A stretch of 60,713 bases of DNA, the filler included, from Diploschistes diacapsis (taxonomy: Eukaryota), in the NCBI GenBank assembly GCA_023645945.1. It is 9 parts of 9 records of this genome, joined end to end, with 100 filler letters (N's around TTAATTAATTAA, not from the genome) between each part and the next. Parts side by side here need not be neighbours in the genome. Positions count along the whole stretch, not along the records: positions 35,227 to 39,399 come from JALAIB010001761.1; positions 39,500 to 43,670 come from JALAIB010001762.1; positions 43,771 to 47,937 come from JALAIB010001763.1; 6 more parts are not named here. One strand, 5' to 3'. The position numbers were made by a program, and so were the translations under genes. Under the pieces are notes generated by a model. The model was not told where the DNA came from, searched no databases, and was given only the letters and a program-made list of their open reading frames with translations. Shown piece after piece: positions 35,127-48,037 of the stretch (position 1 is the first letter of the stretch; each line of letters starts with the position of its first letter).

Positions 35127-35226
35127 NNNNNNNNNNNNNNNNNNNNNNNNNNNNNNNNNNNNNNNNNNNNTTAATTAATTAANNNNNNNNNNNNNNNNNN
35201 NNNNNNNNNNNNNNNNNNNNNNNNNN
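35127..35226. other. Artificial contig linker
   Basis: N44-TTAATTAATTAA-N44. Confidence 0.98.
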
Positions 35227-36112
35227 GGATGGGGATGGGGAGGTGCCGGAGAGCTGGGAAGAGGAGGTACGGCGGGGCGAGGAGAGGGATGGGCCGGAGA
35301 AGGACGGGTCGGGCACGGGCTCGACGGTGTCTAGGGGACCGCGTCCGCCGTTCCTGCCGAACTTGACGCATCTTTCGCTGGCGAGGTGTTCGAGCCCGAG
35401 CTGGAGGGCACTGTTGTCGCCGAATTTGCTGCCGCATCTGGCCAATCTTACGCATCTGGACCTGTCATACTGGCCAAATCCCACGCTTACGCCGAACGCG
35501 GTGACGGCCAAGGTCGAGGGGCCTATGGGCGCTGTGGATTATAGTGGGACGGGCTTCTACGCGGGCTTGGACAACGACTGGAAGGAAGCGGTCAGTATAT
35601 TGAAGCGACTTGGCAAAGGCTGCAGATCGTTGGTCTGGCTGGGTCTTGATGGGTGCGATGGCTGGATACAGGCGCTTGGGTACGATGTCAGTGAGCAACC
35701 GAGAGGGCCGAGAAGTCGGCATTGGAGAGACGAGAGACCACAGAACCAGATACTTGCTGAGGAATCAGAAGAGAAGAGGAGGGTCAAGGCTATTGATTGG
35801 AACGGTGCCTGGAGAGGTTTACGAACCGTGAGGGTGCGGCAGGATTGGGTGCCTAAAGTGTTCCAAGGGTCTGCGCAAAGCTACAAGGTCGAGATGCTGG
35901 ACGAGAGTGCCTCCAACGCTATCAAAAGAACACGTTGGATGAACGTCGAGCGCAGACTTCGGGGACTGGAGAACAAAGTCGCGGACTGGAGGCTCCATGC
36001 TGGGCTGAAGCCTGTTCGATTTGAGAAGACCGATGTTCAAGATTGGGTAGAGCTGGAAATACTAGCTGGCATTTTCCACCAGCGAGACCCAAGGTTTATT
36101 GTGGATCCCTGA
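35227..36112 (+). CDS. 3' part of a fungal LRR/RNI-like hypothetical protein (5'-truncated)
   Basis: LRR-like repeats LPNLTHLSLARC, LANLTHLDLSYW, CRSLVWLGLDGC. The frame is open from the contig start to TGA at 36112. Confidence 0.7.
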
Positions 36113-36617
36113 CTGCGTAGAGCGTTCAAGAATGAAATCATGATACCAGATATGAAACGAACTTTGAATACTTAACACCAGAGATTATATTGATAGTGTA
36201 ACGCATCGGCTTGACTTCACGGCAATGAACCTCTTTAGATAGATCCGAGCTCCCTCAGGGTGCTCCCTGAAGCATCTTGTCCGCTTCAATAGCTATTGCC
36301 ACTTTTGTTCTAGGGGCTGCTAAACGAACACGAATATCACACAAGTAATGCCCCTCAAGTCTTAAGATCCAACCCTTCCTAGCTTCTCAGTGCTCTCTTT
36401 GTTCTGCATTGACTGGTACAGTCCTTAGCAGTCGGTCCCAAGGGATTTCTCAAAGAGAAACCCGACATGGAGACAGCTTTGACAATGGTTTTCATCACAG
36501 AAGCAGGAACGAGTGCGAAAACCGACCCAAAGCTTTGAAATATCGGCTTCTTGGAGGTAACGGTGCTAGAATTTTGCGCCCTACAACAGGACCTCAAAGC
36601 TCGAAACAAGTGGAAAC

Positions 36618-38360
36618 TCAAGCTTTGCGCCTGGAGGTCGCCTTGACAAGTCTCTTCTTTAGGTGCTTCGGCATTTTGTTCTCCCGCTTTTCTCTCTTCT
36701 CCTCTTTCACCTGTTTCTTGTGCTCCCTTTTTGTGTCCTTGTCTTCAAATCTCTTACCTCTCGGCTTCTTCTCTGATTCTTCGTAATCGCTCCTGCTCGA
36801 AGTTGAGTTCTCGTCATCTTCTAACCCAACGCCACCGCCTTCGGAAACTGAACCGTCAGATCCTTTTTCGATATCATGAGCCACAACTTTGTCAGCAAGA
36901 AGATCTTTGTAGACTAGACCATGCTTCCCTTCCTTGTTAATTTGCTCTCCGTCTTTCTCGATATCGTAGACCTGGTCGAGTGTTTGAGGAATGTACTGTT
37001 GCCGGAATACTTCGTTCTCGACCTCCTTCTCAGCATCATCAGTTGCACCTTCATTTGGACGGTTGACGAATAGCTCTTCAAGGCTTCGGTCAACAGCCAC
37101 TTTGCCCCTAGGTCCACTACTAGATACTATAGACTCGAACACGGTCCGGTCGGTCAGCGTATCCACACCTTTACGGCCAAAGAACTCATTGACATTCTTG
37201 ATATCCATTCGGAGGAATTCGAGACTCTTTGGATGATCATGTTCCACGGCCTGACTGACATCGATGATCCAAAGCTTTCCCTCGTGGTATAGAACATTGT
37301 ATTCGCTCAGATCGCCGTGGACCAGCCGGCATTCTGTGTACATGAGTCTCATGTAGGACAGTAGTTGTAAATAAAGATCACGCCACTTCTCCTCTATTTT
37401 GTCACTCTCCTCGTCTTGCGCCGCGTCTTCAAAGACAACATCTTTAAGCTTTGGGGCCGGGATGCCCTTTTGGTCTCCAATAAATTCCATCAGAATGACA
37501 TGGAGACGTAGGTAGAGCGGCTTAGGGCAAGGGATACCAGCAGTGAATACTCTGTTGAGATTTCTGAACTCTTTGTCTGCCCATTGCTTTACCATGGCAC
37601 GGTTGTTGCCCCGGCTGAAACCTCTTGAAAAGCGATGGTCACCAGCGACGTACCGCTCCCGATCCTTAAAGACGACAATTCTACTTTTGTGGATCTTGAT
37701 TGCTCGATGCACAGGAGTAAAATCTGTGCCATCCTCGCTTTCTGACATCGCATGATAGACATTGGCCTCTTTCCCGGTGGAAACACAGCCATTCACCTCA
37801 GATATAACGTTGCGGTTTATCATTTGCAGAAGTATCATACGAGTCCTTGGATCCAATACCTGCTCGTTAGTAGCCCTGTCGCTCCTTTCTTGGCCTTTTT
37901 GGCGCTTCTCGCCGAGTCCAGCGAGACCATCGTTGATGCGCAATTTGCCAGCATGCCGTGAGAGGTCTCTGACCTGGTCATCGATAGAAGCTAATGTGTT
38001 TGCGGTCGGCTTCTGGGGGTTTGTCCTAGGCATTGTTGACTTTGGGGCATTTGGATCTGTGGCTACTTCTTGAGCTCTTCGCTGACGGTTGAAGGCTTTC
38101 GTGATAGCTCCTGGGTAATTTGCTGCATAATCTGCCGCATCCTCGTCTTCTTCGAAGATGTCTTGAAAGTCATCATCACCTGAATCGGTCGTGCTGCGTT
38201 CGTCTCCGATTTCTCCAAGCTTCTCAGCCGAGCGCAAGTCGTTTGGCTTCCTTTCTAGGTAACCCTCGTTGGGTATGTAGTTATGGGTTGCCATATGACC
38301 GACAGTGGGTTCCGGGAAGGAGGACATGGTGCCGTCTGTTCTCGGAGTTTGAGACGCCAT
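36618..38360 (-). CDS. RIO1: Atypical serine kinase/ATPase Rio1 (40S maturation)
   Basis: DRATNEQVLDPRTRMIL, NGCVSTGKEANVYHA, LVHGDLSEYN, IIDVSQAVEHDHP..LEFLRMDI, FRQQYIPQTL, lysine-rich tail. Confidence 0.95.
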   Translation of the reverse strand: MASQTPRTDGTMSSFPEPTVGHMATHNYIPNEGYLERKPNDLRSAEKLGEIGDERSTTDSGDDDFQDIFEEDEDAADYAANYPGAITKAFNRQRRAQEVATDPNAPKSTMPRTNPQKPTANTLASIDDQVRDLSRHAGKLRINDGLAGLGEKRQKGQERSDRATNEQVLDPRTRMILLQMINRNVISEVNGCVSTGKEANVYHAMSESEDGTDFTPVHRAIKIHKSRIVVFKDRERYVAGDHRFSRGFSRGNNRAMVKQWADKEFRNLNRVFTAGIPCPKPLYLRLHVILMEFIGDQKGIPAPKLKDVVFEDAAQDEESDKIEEKWRDLYLQLLSYMRLMYTECRLVHGDLSEYNVLYHEGKLWIIDVSQAVEHDHPKSLEFLRMDIKNVNEFFGRKGVDTLTDRTVFESIVSSSGPRGKVAVDRSLEELFVNRPNEGATDDAEKEVENEVFRQQYIPQTLDQVYDIEKDGEQINKEGKHGLVYKDLLADKVVAHDIEKGSDGSVSEGGGVGLEDDENSTSSRSDYEESEKKPRGKRFEDKDTKREHKKQVKEEKREKRENKMPKHLKKRLVKATSRRKA

Positions 38361-38823
38361 TGATGTGACCAGATAATAGTGACACGATAACGTTGTAATT
38401 TGTTCCTATCAGTTAAGCGGCAACAGAAGGAAAATAGAGAGTAAGGAAAGCGACAGAAGCCTGGATGACCGTTGACTTTAAGACATGAGCCAAGCTCTGA
38501 TTTTATGGTTCACTACTAGGCAAAATCCCTTACCTACTTAACATGCCATGCATGCAAGATGAATCATTTCTGCGTGTGTGTCAATTGAGCAGCTGCATGA
38601 TGCCACTTGTGGCAAAATAAGACTTTTGGGCATGAGCGCCGTTAGAAGCCGACCTAGGCTCCCTGCCGGTTGTGATTGGTCAGATTCAACTACTCCGACT
38701 CTTTATTTACTTTGCGTACCACAACATCGCCCAACCCATCTGTTCAGCAACTTGCGAAAACCGACTTTTCGGAGGCATCAAGGCGTTTCACGATGATTGC
38801 GTAAAGGATCCTCAGCTTGTACA

Positions 38824-39399
38824 ATGCCCACCCGGTCTTCTCTTACGCTCCCAACAACTTCCTCCCTCCTAAGCACGCACAAGCTCCCCTCCTCGCACCC
38901 CTCTGTGACCAAAACCCTCCTGCGCCTGTCCCGACCTTCCCTCCTCAAACTCGCGCGAGAATGGCTCAAGCCGCACAACCAGTCTACATGTCGTCCCGTT
39001 CTCGGCGAGCGCGAGAACGAAACCGGATCCTTCTACGACCCCGCCTATAGCCTCGAGGAGCTGCAAGAGACATATTCCGAACTAGAGAAGCGCAAGGGCG
39101 GGAAGCGGGAAGTGGTCGACCGCATCCTGGAGGGCGATTGGCGCGATGGCTTATCACTGCGGCAAATCGCAATGACGGATACGCAGTACTTTCTCGACCA
39201 TCCCACATCCCAGCGCTGGGTTGCGCTGAAGCTCGTCAAAGCCCAATCCGAAGATTCCCAATCCAGAGAGAAGAAGCGGAGAAACAACAATACCCAAACA
39301 CCAGCTCAAGAGCCTCCACCCGTCCCAAAGTTCCAACCCCAAGCCTTCATTAAATATCTCCAAAAAAACCTCACCCCCCTCCTCAAAGCCCACTACCAC
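38824..39399 (+). CDS. CHL4: Kinetochore protein Chl4/Mis15/CENP-N (3'-truncated)
   Basis: KTLLRLSRPSLLKLAREWL...SLEELQETY...KGGKREVVDRILEGDWRDGLSLRQIAM matches the filamentous-fungal CENP-N N-terminus as I recall it. Divergent from RIO1. Confidence 0.8.
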
Positions 39400-39499
39400 N
39401 NNNNNNNNNNNNNNNNNNNNNNNNNNNNNNNNNNNNNNNNNNNTTAATTAATTAANNNNNNNNNNNNNNNNNNNNNNNNNNNNNNNNNNNNNNNNNNNN
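39400..39499. other. Artificial contig linker
   Basis: N44-TTAATTAATTAA-N44. Confidence 0.98.
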
Positions 39500-42400
39500 C
39501 CCCACCAGCTCCCCCGAACTCGCCACCGTGAAGGCTCGCCGCAGTGACCACCCTGCGTGCAGCAGGGCGGCCAGCAGCGACGTTTCTATCACGGCGGTCG
39601 AGTTCCGCCCACACCTCCTCCCGAATCTCCCTCTTTATGCGCCTCTCCGACGCCGCCATCATCTCCCTTACCACCCAGGCCGGAAGGTACTGCTCCCTGC
39701 ATCTGCAGGGATGTTCGTCAGTACCAACCGGGCCCCCGTTCCCGATGCCACCACAGACGGGGCAGATCTCTCTCGCAACATGCCGAGAGGAGACCATCGG
39801 GCTGCCGCCCTCGTCTGTGGTGACACGGCGGCTGGGTCCACCGCGCGAGGCGAAGAAAGGCATCTCGGCGTCGTCCTCGAAGGTGTAGGGTGGCAAGGTC
39901 CGACCGACAGCTGCGTTGTGCGCCCAGACGTTGCTGTCTGAGCCTTGGTGCTGTGCCGGAGTGCCCTCGACGACCATGGCCGACTGAGATGTAACTCGAG
40001 GAGGTTGGCTTTGACTTGCCTCCACTCGTCGCTCCACGCCGTACGAGCCCTCCCTGGTTGGACGGACTCGGCTCGTGCTGTAAAGCAGCTCGTCGGGAGC
40101 TGGTACTTGAACAGGTCGAGCTCGAGGAACGGTGCGGCGTTGAGTGGGTGTTGGCAGCGTTAACCTCGGCGAAGGTAGGCGACCGGAGCGCTCTCTTGCT
40201 TCTTGAGCGAGGTGTCTGCTAAGTTGTTCGGAGGGAGAGAGTTTGGTGTTAGTACCGGTGGTGCCACTGCGATCACGGGTGAAAATTGACAGAACGTTCT
40301 TAAAGCTGAGGCCGCGAGATGTGACAGAACTTGAAGATGGCGTGTCGAAGCTGCGACCGAGTGTCTGGTTGACTGAGCTTTTTGATCGACGTGGCTTGGT
40401 TGCGCGGGTCGATCTGCTGGTAGTGGTGCCAGAAATGCTTGGACGTCCTTGCTCTGCTGCGGCTTCGAAGCTTCGGAGAAGAGGAGGTGGAGAGCTGTGA
40501 GAATAATCCCGGCTTCGAGTACTGAGTGCGTCTTGTGAGATTAATCGGCGTAAGAGATTCGGACGTCGTTTGGGCTTTTCGAAGTCTTCTACCAATTGGG
40601 GTCTTTTAGTGCGCTCAGCGTGTTGGTGCCATGTTAACATTTCCGCCACATGCTCTCCAAGAATTTCCGCCCGGCTCTGTGCTGGCTCGGGAAAGTTAGA
40701 TCTCTCTTTACGTTGGACCGAACTGTCTTTCTTCCCCTCCCCTTTTTGGGGTGCAGAAGAGCTCTCGTTATCATTCTTGGACCCGTTAGTCCAAGATAGA
40801 AAAATAGACTGAGCAGAGTTGCTTACTCTAATAGAATTTCTAGTACTCGCTTTCGGCGTTATCTCACCAGAACTGTCATCTGGATCAGTAACATTACGCC
40901 CTTTGAACCTCAACGAAGCAGAGCTCGCTTCCTGGTGTGGAATCAACTCATTACAAATATGGACCCCAGAGAATTTCTGGAGGGGATGAAGTCAGTCAGG
41001 ATAAGACCCCTTTGAATTGCAGATACTCACTCTCAACGCAGGGTGGTCCTCCATTCTCGGCATATCATGACCGTGTTCGCGAAGGAAGTCCAGCGTAGCC
41101 TGCACTGCTCTCTCCTTGATGCTTTGTGTGTGGGAGTGTCCAGTAACTGTTGAGGCGGCTCCTAGGCTTGTACGACTGTTCTGAATATCTGGGCGAACGT
41201 GTTGAGTGCCGGCATTACCTTCCTCAATTTTGTCTGCTGGGGCGCCGTGTACGTCTTCGATATTAATCCCGAAGCCGCCATGTGCTTCTTCGATTTCGTC
41301 AATAGCGCCACCGTTCCAGTCCATGCCTTGGCTACAGTCGCCATATCTAAATTCAGTCTGGTCTCTTACAGTAGCATCTGCACTTCCAGGATCTTGGGAT
41401 ACATAGATCATGTTGCCTCCAGCGCTGATGTATGGTCGTGCGCGATTATATCCGACAACACCGTGTCCTTCGACAGCTTGGCTGAAACCATCATGTTCTT
41501 CCTGAACAGTTTCTCGTCTGCTAAGACCGACATTACCAGCGTGGCTAAATGAATCTCGTGCGTCGTTGTCGACATTGCCTTCGATGTTGCCTCTGGGATT
41601 ACCACCGATGCCGACGTACGCTTCTTCGACATCGCCTCTAACACTGCCGAATCCTCCAACGGTTGGTATAAAAGCATCACATTGTTCCTGAATCGTCTCT
41701 TGCGCACCGGCACCTGCATCTCCAGCAGTCACTGCCATCCTACTGTGTCGTCCATCTGGGTCAAACGCTCTGGAGTAATGAGACGAGTACCCGCTGTGCC
41801 GTTTGTCGGCTCCTGCATCGCGATAAAAATCTTCAGGAGCCTGTTCGGATGTTCTATCGTTCTGCGCTACGCTCTCATGTCTGGTCTGGAAATACTCATC
41901 ACAGGCAGCTAGGGCTTCGTCCGTGAGATTGCTGTAAAATGTATCGTCTTCTTCCGTCCTACTGACGCGTTCTTGAACAGGTTCACCTTCTTCGCCACTG
42001 TATGCCGATGCAATGTCATTTCTGGACTTGTCAAATTCCTCTTCAGCTCCATCCCCGGCTACGATATACGCCGAGTAGATAGAGTCTCTCATCTCGTCGT
42101 ACTCTTCACTGCACTCTTCGGGGCTTTCGCTGTAGTCTTCACGATTCCAGCTGTGCTTATCGTGATTCTTGCTGTGCTCTCCCTGAAGCTCCCTTTGCAA
42201 GTTTCTTTCCAGCTCTCTTTCGATTACTTGTGATGACTCACCAAGGGGGCAACTGCTGCCGGTGTCAGTACTTCGGGCAATATTCTCTGAGACTGGACTT
42301 TGTGCTTCTAAAGCGCTGAGGGTGCTGACACTAGCTTGTACTTCGCTCCCGTGCGCAGTCACGCCGCGCTGTGTTTCGCCTTCGTCTGCAATACCTTCAC

Positions 42401-42839
42401 CTTCAGCTCCAGGCTCATCGCCATCGCCAGCGTACATCTCGTCGATTAGACTCAGAATATCGTCGTCTTCACCGGAAAGGGGCACCCGTGATGGTTCCAG
42501 ATTTGTCGAAGACGGTATAGAGCCAGGACTAGAAGCTGCCGTATGCTCTTCAAGGCTCGTTCTGGAAGTGTCCTCGTTCTGCTGGGTGTCCGCCATGCTC
42601 CCGAGCGTCTGAGAGTCTGGCCTCTGCACGTCAAGACTGTTTTGAGCTTGCACACCCTTGTCCCGAGTTGAAGTTGAAGGGGGACTTATAGATGGTGAGG
42701 GCGAACTTTCCTGCTGATTAGTGCTTCGAAGAGTACTTTGGATTCCTCCGTTCAGTCTCTGGCAGACTACGCACCTGCCTCCTTCGATGTGTCTATGCCA
42801 ACGAAGGGCGTTCGGAATATCTTCTGTGGTGTCGACCAT
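39500..42839 (-). CDS. Large low-complexity hypothetical protein (2 exons, 3'-truncated)
   Basis: The 615-aa and 500-aa ORFs join through intron 40977-41030 (GTGAGT...CTGAC...CAG). Acidic first half, S/R/P-rich second half, small Cys/His clusters at both ends. Confidence 0.65.
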
Positions 42840-43670
42840 TTAGAAAGGGGTGCCTGCTCAGCGTCCTCGAGCAAGCGGATCGTGATGATAATTTCAGTAC
42901 GAATCTCCGACAGTGACAGATTTTTAGCAGCGACACTCTGTCTCATCAGCTTGGATTGTTAGGAATCTCTGAAGACTCAACAGTCTCAAGCTCGACTGCA
43001 GCCTCAGGATCTCTCCAGCAATTCTCTTGAAACAGCTTACTGCTGCAATGCAGTCGAAGCGCCCTTCAACCTCCTTTTGTTAACGGGAAATGACACAGAA
43101 GCGACGAGAGTCCTTTTCTAATCTTTCAACTTCCGAGAAGAGCGAAGTTCAAGCGAAAACCCTGTCTAGTTCTTCAAGTTAAGAGAAGAGGGAAGTTCAA
43201 ATATTATTCTTTCTAATCTTTCAATATTAGGAGAGCGAAGATCGAACCAGAACCTTATCTCATCACTCAACGGCAGAGGAAAACGAGTTGAAACTACTAC
43301 TAATCTCTAATAGATGAGGTAAGAACAACAGGCTGGTTGCGCGCTACAACATGCTCTCTTCAGGAAAAAGATTTCATGAAAAATGAACACCGCCTCATCT
43401 TGCCTTTTCTGCTGGGGAAAAAGGGGGCGGACGGTAGGGCGGACGATGAACCGGGCGGGTATGAGCGCCGAGTCAGAGAATATCGAAGGGTTAGCGGGTG
43501 GAGGGCGCATGGACGGGCATTGTGTTAGACTTCACAGGAAATTACAAGAGATTGGGGAGTTGGAGCTCGCCTCTAGGAACGTGTAGCAGCGCGCGTAAGT
43601 CGCGGTGTAGGGGGCTTTCATCTGCAGGTGAGTTTGTCGGAAAGGGAGGAAGGACGGGGTGGGAGATGGG

Positions 43671-43770
43671 NNNNNNNNNNNNNNNNNNNNNNNNNNNNNN
43701 NNNNNNNNNNNNNNTTAATTAATTAANNNNNNNNNNNNNNNNNNNNNNNNNNNNNNNNNNNNNNNNNNNN
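43671..43770. other. Artificial contig linker
   Basis: N44-TTAATTAATTAA-N44. Confidence 0.98.
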
Positions 43771-44695
43771 CTTCCACCCATTCCCCTCACCCTCACCCTC
43801 GCCCTCTTCCTCCACCTCATCTACGTCCCAAGCCCTCTACGCCCCCTCCGAAACAGACCCGGCCTCCCAAGCCATCCACTGGCCCACCTGGCTTTCCGCA
43901 CACCGCACCTACGACGCCGAGGCGAAATCCCTCCTCGCGCACCCCTTCATGCCGGGCACCGAGATCGAGTTGAAGGAGGAAGACGTGCTGGGCATGAGCG
44001 GCGCGGAGATGGACGCTTATATGGATTGGTATGCTGGAACTATGCTTGACGACGGTGGTGGTCGTGAGGGAGGGAATGGGAAGGGGAAGGAAGGGGCGAG
44101 GGAGAGGCCGGGACAGCAGGGCCGCCGGAAGGTACCCGAAGAGATACTGGAGCTGTTTCCCATTGCAAGAGGTGCTTTCTCACATGGCCGTGGGCAGGGG
44201 CAGGGGGTTGGGTCTGGGCCTGAGAGCGGCGAAAGCAGGGAAGAAGGGGCTGGGTCGGGAGGAACGGGAGGGCAAGGCCCCGGACCGGACGCTGACGCAA
44301 ACGCGAAGAAAGAGCTGGTGGCAAAGATAAGAGAGGCGGGCGACAGACGGCTGGCGACTGTGCAGCGCGCGCTGGTACAGCGGGGAATCGTGTCCGAGGA
44401 TCAAGAGAGGGAGTTGTGGGAAAAGAAGAAGAAGAAGGTGCCGAGGGCGGGAAGCCAGTATCCGACTTTTACAAAGGTGGAGGATCTAGATGTGGCTGGG
44501 AGGGTGGTGGTGGAAGATAAGGTTGGGAAGGAGGAGGAGGAGGTAGATGGTGTGACAAATGTGGCACGGGAATTTCATGAGCGGGCGGCGAGGATGGCCG
44601 GGGTTGAGGTCGGGGTGTTGCTTGCTGTCGTGAGGAGGTGGGAAAAGAAGATAGAGAGGTTGAGGGAGAAGAGGAAGACAAAAGAAGTAGGGTAG
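43771..44695 (+). CDS. RRN7: C-terminal part of RNA polymerase I core factor subunit Rrn7/TAF1B (5'-truncated)
   Basis: ETDPASQAIHWPTW...EEDVLGMSGAEMDAYMDWY...ILELFP...VPRAGSQY...AREFHERAARMAG resembles the C-terminus of filamentous-fungal Rrn7. Recognised from recall, not searched. Confidence 0.6.
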
Positions 44696-47600
44696 GAAGG
44701 GGAGAAGTGAATGGAGGAGGGCATGGAAGAAAATGAAGAAAGAGAAAGGCGCTGGCTGGCGGCGTGTAGGGCCGGGGCAGAAGAGAGGATGTTATGGATC
44801 ATGCTGGACGATGGGAGAGCATTCTTGTCCCAGTCTCAACACTCCCATTGGTCGCGTTAATCGCCATAACTTAGGACAATGCATCCTTTTTACAACATCC
44901 CATGTCCGCTGCACTTGGTCTCTAGGCCGCAAAGTATCGAGAGGAATTGAATCCTATCTGTAACCTTGACCTTGCCACTTCCATGAACAAAATAACTGCC
45001 TATCAGTTCAAGGAACAAGTCGCGGCCCGTTGGAGGCACGGCTGTTGCCACTGAACGATAGGGAGGAGGTGTTGTGCCCACATTTTATCCCTTTCCACAA
45101 CCAAGCCCTATTCGTACTTTGGGGCTCCCCCTTTTACCTGAATATAGATGAAAAGCCTGAGAGCCCACGAAGCCGTTGCGGTCTTTGAGGCATGATATCG
45201 CTGCTGAACGAGAGAACATGAAGAGGACCTATTGATCAACGTAATTACGAGATGCTCAGAGTAGTGGGCTCTGTTCGTGATTCTGGACTTCATTGCGCCT
45301 GTATACAAAAATGGGAGCATGTTGGCTCTCGAAACTATCGCAGTTACTGCGGTTTTGATCATAGTAGACTATTGTGGTATCGTAGAAGCTGGAAGCTGAG
45401 ATATGAACCTCGAAGTTCATGGTCTTAGTATGGCAAGCAAGGAAATAATAGAGAGGGGCTAGGGGGAGGGGAAGGGGGAAGAACGTGATCAGTAGAAAGA
45501 GTGTCGCTGTTGGTCGTCATTGCCGCTACTGACATTGTTGAAGTGGGAAGGTGTTATGTTGATCTCAAGATCTATGTTGTGAGTGTAGCTCAATAGGAGC
45601 AAAGGAAGGGTTTGGGAACGTGGACAGACGTGATAAGCCATCGAATCATTGCCAGCATAGAGATGAAAAGGACCTACCTAGTACATGATCAAGAAAACCC
45701 AAGAGCAAAGCCGTGTAGATAGAAGTGGCGCCAGGCCTAATTTCCTTAATGTGTGTTTATATATCAGACCTTTACACTCTCAGCTATGGCCAGTTGGTAC
45801 AGTTGGATAATGGACACATTATCCACATTCAACGTACTCGGCCGCGATGGTGTGGGCACAGGCCCGTGGGATATGAACATAACCCGAAACCCGTAAGCCT
45901 TCGAGAGCTGAATTCCACGACAACCGCAGTGTATAACTAAAAGTGATAACCAATCTGCAAGCGGATGCGCCCAAGAGATTGGCACAGACGGGACTTCGGT
46001 CCCCGAAAGCCTGAGTTTGTGAAAACCACTGTCCGCGATCGGGCAGTGGATTCAGGTTTTGAAATTGATGATATATCTTTTTTTGAACGGGGTGAGATAA
46101 CGGAAAGGATGATAGTTGATGGTTCAAATCCCGTTGTAAACAATCTTTTTAATATCTGATGGAGTCTTCTTTACGCACCGGTTGCTTCTCTTGAACGCAG
46201 CATCCCTTTTTTCGTTCTTCCTGAGGATATTCTTTTCGAAAGCTAATAAGCTTTCGGCTTGAACATTCCTCTTATAATCTCAGCATTGGATGCTTCTTCA
46301 TCCGTTTCATCACGAATCATCTTAGCTTTTATATCCCCTTTGCTATTCGGACTCTTCTCAGTATTCTTTTCAATCAGTTCTGTTATGTTGATGTTCGCTG
46401 CGCCTCTTGAACGGCTAATACACTGAACGTATCATTAATGATATATAGCGTCTAGCTTCCACATGACAGCTTCAAGATCCCAGGGAGGGGTGCCCGTACT
46501 CAGAGCTCTTCTCTTGTCATTTTAATCAGTCTTATGAAACGTGCTTAACATGCTCTTTGGGTTTGGCTGAGGACATAGAGCCTAATATCGCCGTTAGAGC
46601 TTAGCGGAGTGGTACTTCAAGGAATGTTGGGAGGCATCGATTATTGAATAGGCCAACCGTAAAGAGCTCCTCACACAATTAAGGTTGCAGACTGCTATGC
46701 ATATTTTTTTTTCTTTACTCGCAACAGACCGAAAAGGAAGGAACAGCTGCGCAGTCACGGCTGGGCGGATCCTAATACAACGACCCTGGTACATCTCCAA
46801 ATCTCGGTGGCTTCACACATCGGTTATTCTCGAGCTGTTGCAAGCACTGCGAGAAGTCCATCTCAAAGAATTCTAGACGCACCGAAGCTTTCAGACCGCT
46901 GACCTTATCTATACGCACCGCAGGCAATAAGCAGGATAAGAGGCGGATGGCTTATGAGGCCACAGACCCGGCCGGTCTCAATACAAGGACACGATTCACT
47001 CTTCCACACGGATGCAAGCATGGAGCGAGCGACGTAAAATGGTACATGGGAAGCTTCCAGGTGAATCTGTTCCAGTCTTATGAAAGGAGTAGACATCCCC
47101 CCCCTCCCCACATGACGATAGCAAGAGCCCACGCGACCGTCCGTTTTGCGTCGTCAAGCAGGCCAGAGCTCCATGGCACTTTCTCCTTGGAATATAGCCT
47201 GGAAGACATTCATTGCTGTACTACGAGGCCGTCGAAAAGCCATCCCAAAAGAAGTTCCTCGACTGAAAGAGGTTTAGCGCCGCAACATCTTAGCCCCGGT
47301 TAAGTTCCTCCTCTACTCGGCCCGCATCAACCAAGTGCATGTCAGATCTACGAAGGGATAGCTTCTCTGGTAGCTGTTACAACACTATCAATTACTTCTA
47401 CGGCATCAATAAGAACCTGGAAAATGGCTAATATTATCAGCAGGCTGGCAATCACTCTCTTCGTAACGTTGTTGGAGAAAACTGCTAATGCTGCCAGCGA
47501 CAATAGTGCACATCCGAACACCTCACACCCTCCTCTTCTCGCAATCCCAGTTTTCTCCTCCCATTCTCCCTCCTACCTTCTTCCATAACCATAACCTACT

Positions 47601-47937
47601 CATCCCCCATCTCAAACAAAAGTTTCCGCTAAAAGTGCCAAAGTTGTATGGAGGTCCGAGCGGGGGCGAGATTATAAAATTCGACTGCAGAGAGATAGAA
47701 CAAGCGGCCCATTCAAATCGATCAAAGCCCAAGAAGGAGCTTAGAGCAAGGGGATCGTTACGGCAGTTGCTGTTTGGGGAAGGAGGGAGGCTGAGACACG
47801 CCCACCAACTTGCTCTTGACAGCGCAACTCGGCAGCCACGGGTGCCAGCCATAGCAAAGACTTGATTGAATTCGGATCAGTAGCATGCGTCACCCATTAT
47901 TATCCCCCGATGTTGTGCAATATAAGCGGCCTTGGTC

Positions 47938-48037
47938 NNNNNNNNNNNNNNNNNNNNNNNNNNNNNNNNNNNNNNNNNNNNTTAATTAATTAANNNNNNN
48001 NNNNNNNNNNNNNNNNNNNNNNNNNNNNNNNNNNNNN
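47938..48037. other. Artificial contig linker
   Basis: N44-TTAATTAATTAA-N44. Confidence 0.98.
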
